DNA from: Perkinsus olseni
Taxonomy: Eukaryota
Assembly (NCBI GenBank): GCA_013115125.1
Contig: JABANN010000060.1
Span: 62,001-90,168 of the forward strand
Reading direction: 5' to 3'
DNA: 28,168 nt
In this document: in pieces, positions 22,299 through 28,168 of the stretch
How positions within the stretch are numbered: position 1 is the first letter of the stretch
Layout: the number at the start of each line of letters is the position of its first letter
Position numbers and translations under genes: made by a program
The notes under the pieces: model-generated
What the model was told of the DNA's origin: nothing
What the model saw: only the letters and a program-made list of their open reading frames with translations
Database searches by the model: none

Positions 22299-24886
22299 CT
22301 AAGATTCCATATTGGAGATCCCTGTGGTGATATCATCAATGGTAATCATATTATTCCCACAACGACGTAGATGCTCCTGATTGAGTATCCGAGACCACGA
22401 GTCTGGGAAAAGGCGGGAACCTGAACTTACAGAATTCTGCCACTGCTCATCGTCAACCTCGGATACTCACTGGGCACAGGCTTCATCGTCTTCCATTGTA
22501 TCCCTCGTAACTCCGCCGAATCGATGCCCTTGATGGTGCTCCGGTCCATGCAGACCGGCGCGCCATCGCGCTCGACAGCCACTTGAACCCTCACCAGCTG
22601 CCTCGGTTTCGCGCTACTACGCGCACCTTCAGGGACCTCCGCGACGACTATCTTATCCCATGTACCTGAGGAATGCCGATAACAGGCCGAACCACAGGGA
22701 GAGATATGCCCTACGGAGATAGAACGGAGCTTTCTCCTGAGCGTCGTTGCCACCGCCCGAACCGGCTTCAACCTTGGATTCGCCCACTGCCACGGTCGAA
22801 GTCGACGCCCGGGAAGGCTTCCATACTTGCAAGACTACCGGCATGGTGGTGGCGCTCTTGGCCGAGTATCCCTCCTCATCAGGAGTGTCGATGTAGAACC
22901 GGGAAAGGCGCTTGTCTCTGTAGCACAGCACCTGAAATCAATCCAAACCGTATAAAAGAATGTATCTTAAAAAGTCCCATTACCAGCGGCGTCAGGCCTT
23001 GCCAGTACAACCCCTGTTTATGCATAAAGACGAAGCTGTCAGGCTGGTAGTCTATCCCGTCGTGCTCGCCATTGTAAAGGCTAGTGATAGTTTCCGGAGT
23101 AGCATCGAATGCCTAAGAAATCATCAAAATTCATATAAATTCCCGTCAAGGAAAATTGTCCAGGGAGAATTACTCGGCAGATAACCTTTCCAAGTTCTCT
23201 CTCGACAATTTTCTTTGACAGGACTGTATTGTATATAAAAGCGCATGGATAGAATGCCTACGAGTCAGGAGCTCATATGAACTGCGCATGAACAGCGTAG
23301 CCTACGAGTGCATGCGTACAAAAAGCACGCGTGTTTTCCACTTCCGCGCTTTCGATTTCGAGAAAATCCGTCAGAAGCACTAGAACCATCGAGAAGCTGC
23401 CCAAGCCAACGGATCGCCCAGCTGGGAAATAGGAGGGTGGGTCAGGAGCTTCAGATTAGCTGGTCCAGACTAGCAGAAGTTCCGGCGCGGAACTTGTCAC
23501 CCCTCGGAAGAGCTTTGCACACGCGTGCTCAATCCGGCGAGACCCACGTCACGCCCCAGGGATCTGCTCCTGCGTGTATGGACATGACCGGATACCGGAG
23601 ATTTCATCAGGAGGCACTCCGCGTATCGATACATAAATTCGTCAAGCATTTGATCCCAAAAAATAACTCCCTTCAGAAATCCGTGCACGTCGTCCCTACC
23701 GGGACATAAACAAGGTCGGGCAGCATAGTATCATCATCTTCGCCACCAGCGTCCATTGCCATCATCGAAGAGTCGCCTCCGAAAAGATCCTCCCGGCGCG
23801 AGTTCATGTCCTCTAGCCGAGACTTCAGCCAGTAATGACGACACTCAGCGTCGGCGGACGTCAGCTCGCTGTGATTCCAAATGATCACGTCCATCACGAA
23901 TCTGAGGAGATCGGCGGCAAGTGCTCCCCAGCAGGCGAAAACAAGAGGGAGGGCGTACATGGCCCGACGGAAGCCAGGGGTCGTGTCCGGATACACCACG
24001 TCCAGGACCGTCAGTCCCATACCGGCGAATTCCGGGCCAACGTAGTAGCTCCAGTAGAAGCGGCCGTTCTTGCTCCGAAGAGTAGCCGTACCTGGCATGA
24101 GAGTAGGTCAAAAGATGGTACGGAGCGGATATGAGTCATACGGCGCGTGAGACACGGAGCGAGACTGGGCTTATAAGATCACGAATTTGCGAAGCTTTAA
24201 CGACGTTAAATTAACGTAACGGACGGTATCAGTACCATCAGCAAAACTCGCCCGTAGGAAGAGCCAGCGTATCTTAGGTCGACCCTAGCGCGTTACACAA
24301 ATAACAAAAGTCATTACCCGCATGAATTATTAGTAGACAGTGCTTCCCCTCCGGCCTGACTTTGACCAGCCATTGGGTGCTCAGATCCTCGGGAACCTCC
24401 ACCATCCAGTCCGGGTACCTTAACAGTCTCCATCACAGAGCCCCACAAGCGATACGACGCACATCAGCTGATTGGCCCAAAAGCGAAACCGCTTCACTTT
24501 CCGTCGTTGCTTGCCCTTCTTCTTGACAGCCTTCTGCTCGTCCTCTTTCCCCATCTCCGCGTCATGGTCCTCGGCCATCTCCTCCTCAGCGAGTGGCATC
24601 CCTATTTCGATCTTATCGTTGTCGTCCGCTTCAGTGACTTGGGCGATCTGCGGTACTAGAATGACTAAAGCTGAGGCCACACCTAGCTGCTCATCACCTG
24701 TCGGAGCTCCTCCAGTCGTTCCTCCCTCGCCCTGGCCCTCTGCTCTTGGAGAGCCCTCCGTCGCCTCTCCAGCTGCGTGGCTCCTCTGGGCTTGAACACC
24801 CTATGGGAGCCGATCACCTCACCGTTGCCGACCGGAGCAACGTAGGGCGCTCTCCCTTCGGCCGCCGCTGGTGACGGCAGCTCCAT
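22299..24886 (-). CDS. SNUPN: Snurportin-1 (m3G-cap-binding snRNP import adaptor), multi-exon
   Basis: N-terminal QLERRRRALQEQR (IBB-like), then WANQLMYPDWMVEVPEDLSTQWLVKVRPEGKHCL, TLRSKNG, TVLDVV, VMDVIIWN...AECRHYWLKSRLE, DSFVFMHKQGLYWQGLTPLVLCYRD...FYIDT and PDSWSRILNQ. TAG at 22299-22301. Confidence 0.85.
23113..23699 (-). other. Unusually long (587 nt) snurportin intron containing a long hairpin
   Basis: A phase-0 GT...AG joins LVYVP to AFDATPETI. Most other introns in the window are 41-65 nt. Confidence 0.7.
23141..23223 (+). repeat. Long imperfect inverted repeat / hairpin (~83 nt)
   Basis: GTCAAGGAAAATTGTC (23145-23160) pairs with GACAATTTTCTTTGAC (23204-23219). The stem continues inward as AGGGAGAA/TTCTCTCT and outward as TCC/GGA. 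Confidence 0.75.
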
Positions 24887-25184
24887 TTACTTCTAAAACG
24901 ACCACTGAAGTCGGGAGGTATGACAACATCCTCAGGAAGGCGTGATGGTAGATGCCTACAAGGAATAACAACCGGAGCGATCTCAGGGAGCGAGGCCCTC
25001 AGGACTGCCTGAGGGCGCACCATGGCGAAGTGGGGACGCAGCAGTGCCAGCTCTACAGACCGAGTCTCGATGCCGCCTGCTCGGCAACCGCAGGCACTCC
25101 CTCCTCTCCCCTAGCGCAAAGCTACCTTTCGAACAGTCACAAAAAACACGATCAATAGTGACATTAAAGCGAGCAGGAAGCGTG

Positions 25185-27748
25185 TCAAATTTGAGCCGCA
25201 TCCTCAACCAGGCGTCGTCGAGGGGCGCTCAGTGAAGTACTCTCTACCCCCGCGTTCATCACGATGTCGCCATCATCATCAACGCTTGTCGTTGACGACG
25301 GTGATGGCACGACATTGCCGGCAGAACTGAAACGACCCGTTCAGACTTACAGCGTCCAGCTCCTCCACCTTACCTCTCTGCCTGCTGCTGCCTCGCTCGA
25401 CCGCCTTGGTAGCGCCTCGGAGCCCCTTCATAGTGCCGCTGGTAATGGCCAGCGTGTCCAGCACGTCTCGAGTGCTGCTGCCGAGCACGTCCGTCCTCCT
25501 CAGTGTCCCTCTCTGATGCCGGCAAGGATGACACCATCGCTGAGCACATTTCTGAGAGTTTATTAGCCGCATTCAACCAATTCCGTATCGCGTCATAGTG
25601 CGCTGAAGATGCGCAGGAGGCGGCCCGCTCGAACCTGACGCGAAGGCAGTGAGCGGCCTCGTCAACGCCGGCCCGACCTACTTGCTGGGAACCTCCAAAA
25701 CATCATTGACCACTGTGATTCTTCCGCCTTCTATTCGCCCCTCCACTATAAGCCTCACTACCAGCGTTCTAAGCTCATCCTCAGGCATGCACAGTGCCTG
25801 AACGGCCGCGAATCCGAGGTCGAAGCTTGCCTTACTCACCTCTGCCAAGGAGCCCAGTCCCACTCGCCGGTACGGCCTCACCATCGTCTCCAATACTTTC
25901 AGACGGACGTTGAGCAGTAGTATCGCGACATACTCCTTGATGAAGGCGTCCCGCGTTATACTAGCATCAACCTTGGATACTTCTGGCTGCCACCCTACCC
26001 ACCTAGCGTTGTTATGCAGTAGTCTACTCAAGGCCTTCACATCCCCTGCCTCATACACCCTCCGCAGCTCCGACATGGCTGTGACCTCAGGGTCGTTCTG
26101 GTACCTACCCCGCCGGGCTCATGATCATATCGTGAGGCCTCCGCTATTACACTTTAGCTTCTCGTGAATCGAAAGGGTTGATGTCGGAGAGCGAGAGCAT
26201 GGACGCCAACACGACGTACCTATGGAACCGGCAGTTTCCCCTCAGCAGTCAAAACCACTGTGGTAGCAATCGTTCGAAGAAGATCTCATCGTACTCACAA
26301 CAGCTGTCGAGTGACCACCCGTCTGTCTACTGATGAGACAGCGCACTCACGGCGTACTCTCAGACTTCAAGTTCTAAGCAGTGGACTATCCCTATGTTAC
26401 CACCACCAAGTTGGCATCTTCTCACATCGGAACTCCCAGATCCTCCACCACCCTACCCGATGGCCTACTTGAGTATCGTCTTAGCTCTCGTGTTGCCAGC
26501 TTCCTGGTAGTTCTTGAATGATTCAAAGAATTCATTGTAAGCATCGTTCCACCTTCGCTCCGCCATAAAAAGTTTTCCTCCACTTTCCCGTATCACTGCG
26601 ACATTCCGAGGGTCGGCAATGGTGTGGGTGAGGCTGAGCGTCTTCGGGTAGATGCCGCGGACTCGCGCGTTGTCCTTCTCTGCTACGGCAACCTGCAGCT
26701 CGAGAGAGTACACCTGAGAATGGCAAGCATCGACCAATGATACGCTCGGTGCGTGAGCGAGTACGTCAAGGAGCTTGGCACTCTTAGCGCCCTCATCGCC
26801 ATTATAGTCACACTCTTCAACGTGTGAGTGTAGTTTGGCGAGGACCTGCAGCGTTCACGATCTCCATTATCAAAGCACCCAGGTTCGATTCCCACGACCT
26901 TCTTCATTCTGTCGGTCTGTCCCTTCGCCAAATAGAGTCTCGCCAACTTCAGCGACGTGGCGAACCACAACCGATCGTTCCTTGCGCTCTTCAGAGCTTC
27001 CAGGGTCAACTCATACCTGCCGCAGAACCACTAATAACCACATCTCAGTACGAGGCCCGACGGCGACCCACACAGCCTGGAGTTGGCTGTCCCCTGACGC
27101 TGCGCCCTCGGGCGACGGTGGCCCTCCCGACGTGCTGCTGATGCTGGCCGGGGATAACTGAGACACCTTATTGCATATCTTAGGTTGAAGGCGGTATGTC
27201 GCAAAATGAACCCGCCTTTCCTCTACTCTCACCGCATCAATAACGAAGTCGATCGCCTCCTGCGCTTCGTTCTTCGACACTCTTCCCATATACGAGAGTA
27301 GCTGCCGGTAGGAAGACTCTACCACTTCGGAAGGGTATCCCAACCGGCACTGGAGAACCACGACATGACGCAGAGCCTTGAACCGCCTGCCAAGGAGTCC
27401 TCTCTCTCGCCAACCCTACTACGCTCACCATGCAATGGAGTCCTCGTTCATCGACTCCCCCTCCAGTCTGATGACCTTGTTGAAGTGCTCCAGCGCTACA
27501 GCCGGATTGGATCGGAAGTGGTCTGATGGTGCACCTCCCATGATGCTTAGCGCCGTCGTGGCTACCAGTAGCATCATAGTAGGCGTTCTCAAGCTCCACC
27601 GCGTCGTCGTCCATCTCCTCCTCATCATCGACGTCATAGTCCTCATCCACATAGTAGTCGCCATCAGACTCGTAAACGAACTCTGCCACCAACCGAAGCA
27701 TCAGCGGGAAGCAGCAGGAGTGGGAGGCCCACCTTCAACGTCCGACAT
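25185..27748 (-). CDS. CSN2: COP9 signalosome subunit 2 (PCI domain), multi-exon; 3' end at 25185 or 25370
   Basis: Acidic N-terminus, then ELENAYYDA, WRFKALRH, YRQLLSY, YELTLEALKSARNDRLWFATSLKLARLY, LLDVYSLELQ, IRESGGKLFM, FFESFKNYQEAG, KYVVLASML...INPFDSREAK...DPEV, DAFIKEY and RPYRRV. Confidence 0.93.
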
Positions 27749-28168
27749 CAGTCAGCCTCTGGCCGCACCGACGAGAAGGAGGGGAAACCAAACTCTTTCA
27801 AAACAAAGCATTTTTGGCAGTTAGCGTTCACACTCTCCTAGGAAGCACTACGCCTAGGTAGCATCCCCGCCCACACAGATAGCAAAACCTCCACCACGAC
27901 GACCAGCCGGCCAATGACGCACCACACCACGCCACCTCCTCAAAGATGCCTACACTTTGCTGCATCGTGGGAGCATAGCGGCCCTTCTCATCGCCACTCA
28001 TTCCTCGGTGATGAAAGCCCCCATCGCTCACACCGATGTGAGCAGACACCCTGCTACACTACTATGATTACTATTTAGTGTATCATTGTGCTACACTACA
28101 CCATTTCCCGAGCAAATAAAATGTTTTTTCGTTCGGTTTAAACCATTTTGATAGCAATTTAGCGAGTG

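Noticed and set aside
23308..23709. 133-aa + strand ORF nested in the long snurportin intron
   Set aside because: GTG start and no recognisable features; the length is compatible with chance.
4614..24886. Functional cluster of RNA/nucleotide genes (GMPS, Rae1, RNase H2A, snurportin)
   Set aside because: They act in different pathways and are interspersed with unrelated genes; adjacency in a unidirectional block does not imply a shared system.
27828..28049. 73-aa - strand ORF at the window end
   Set aside because: Could be a terminal exon of an upstream gene, but nothing in the window identifies it.

Overview
Eukaryotic, intron-rich genomic DNA. Short (~41-65 nt) GT-AG introns, tight one-directional gene packing and the gene content suggest a perkinsid alveolate such as Perkinsus; this is inference, not a database result. 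The window opens with the 3' end of a + strand gene (1-732). Every other gene is on the - strand: a NO VEIN C-terminal (DUF3883) PD-(D/E)xK nuclease ORF, a CERLI1/RASP2-like C2+PH protein, GMP synthase, Rae1, RNase H2 subunit A, then a gene-poor ~8.7 kb accessory interval, then a GH92 alpha-mannosidase, snurportin-1 and COP9 subunit 2. The accessory interval holds a MITE-like inverted repeat, two tandem paralogues of a putatively secreted family (one frameshifted) and an EEP-fold enzyme. Exon chains were reconstructed by hand, so boundaries are provisional. The best leads are: (1) an EEP enzyme whose SDHxP motif sits at the N-terminus (apparent circular permutation); (2) a nuclease ORF that can be spliced in frame onto the C2-PH gene; (3) a long hairpin inside an oversized snurportin intron; (4) a 19-bp inverted-repeat element upstream of RNase H2A. 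No rRNA, tRNA, SL RNA or CRISPR array was recognised.
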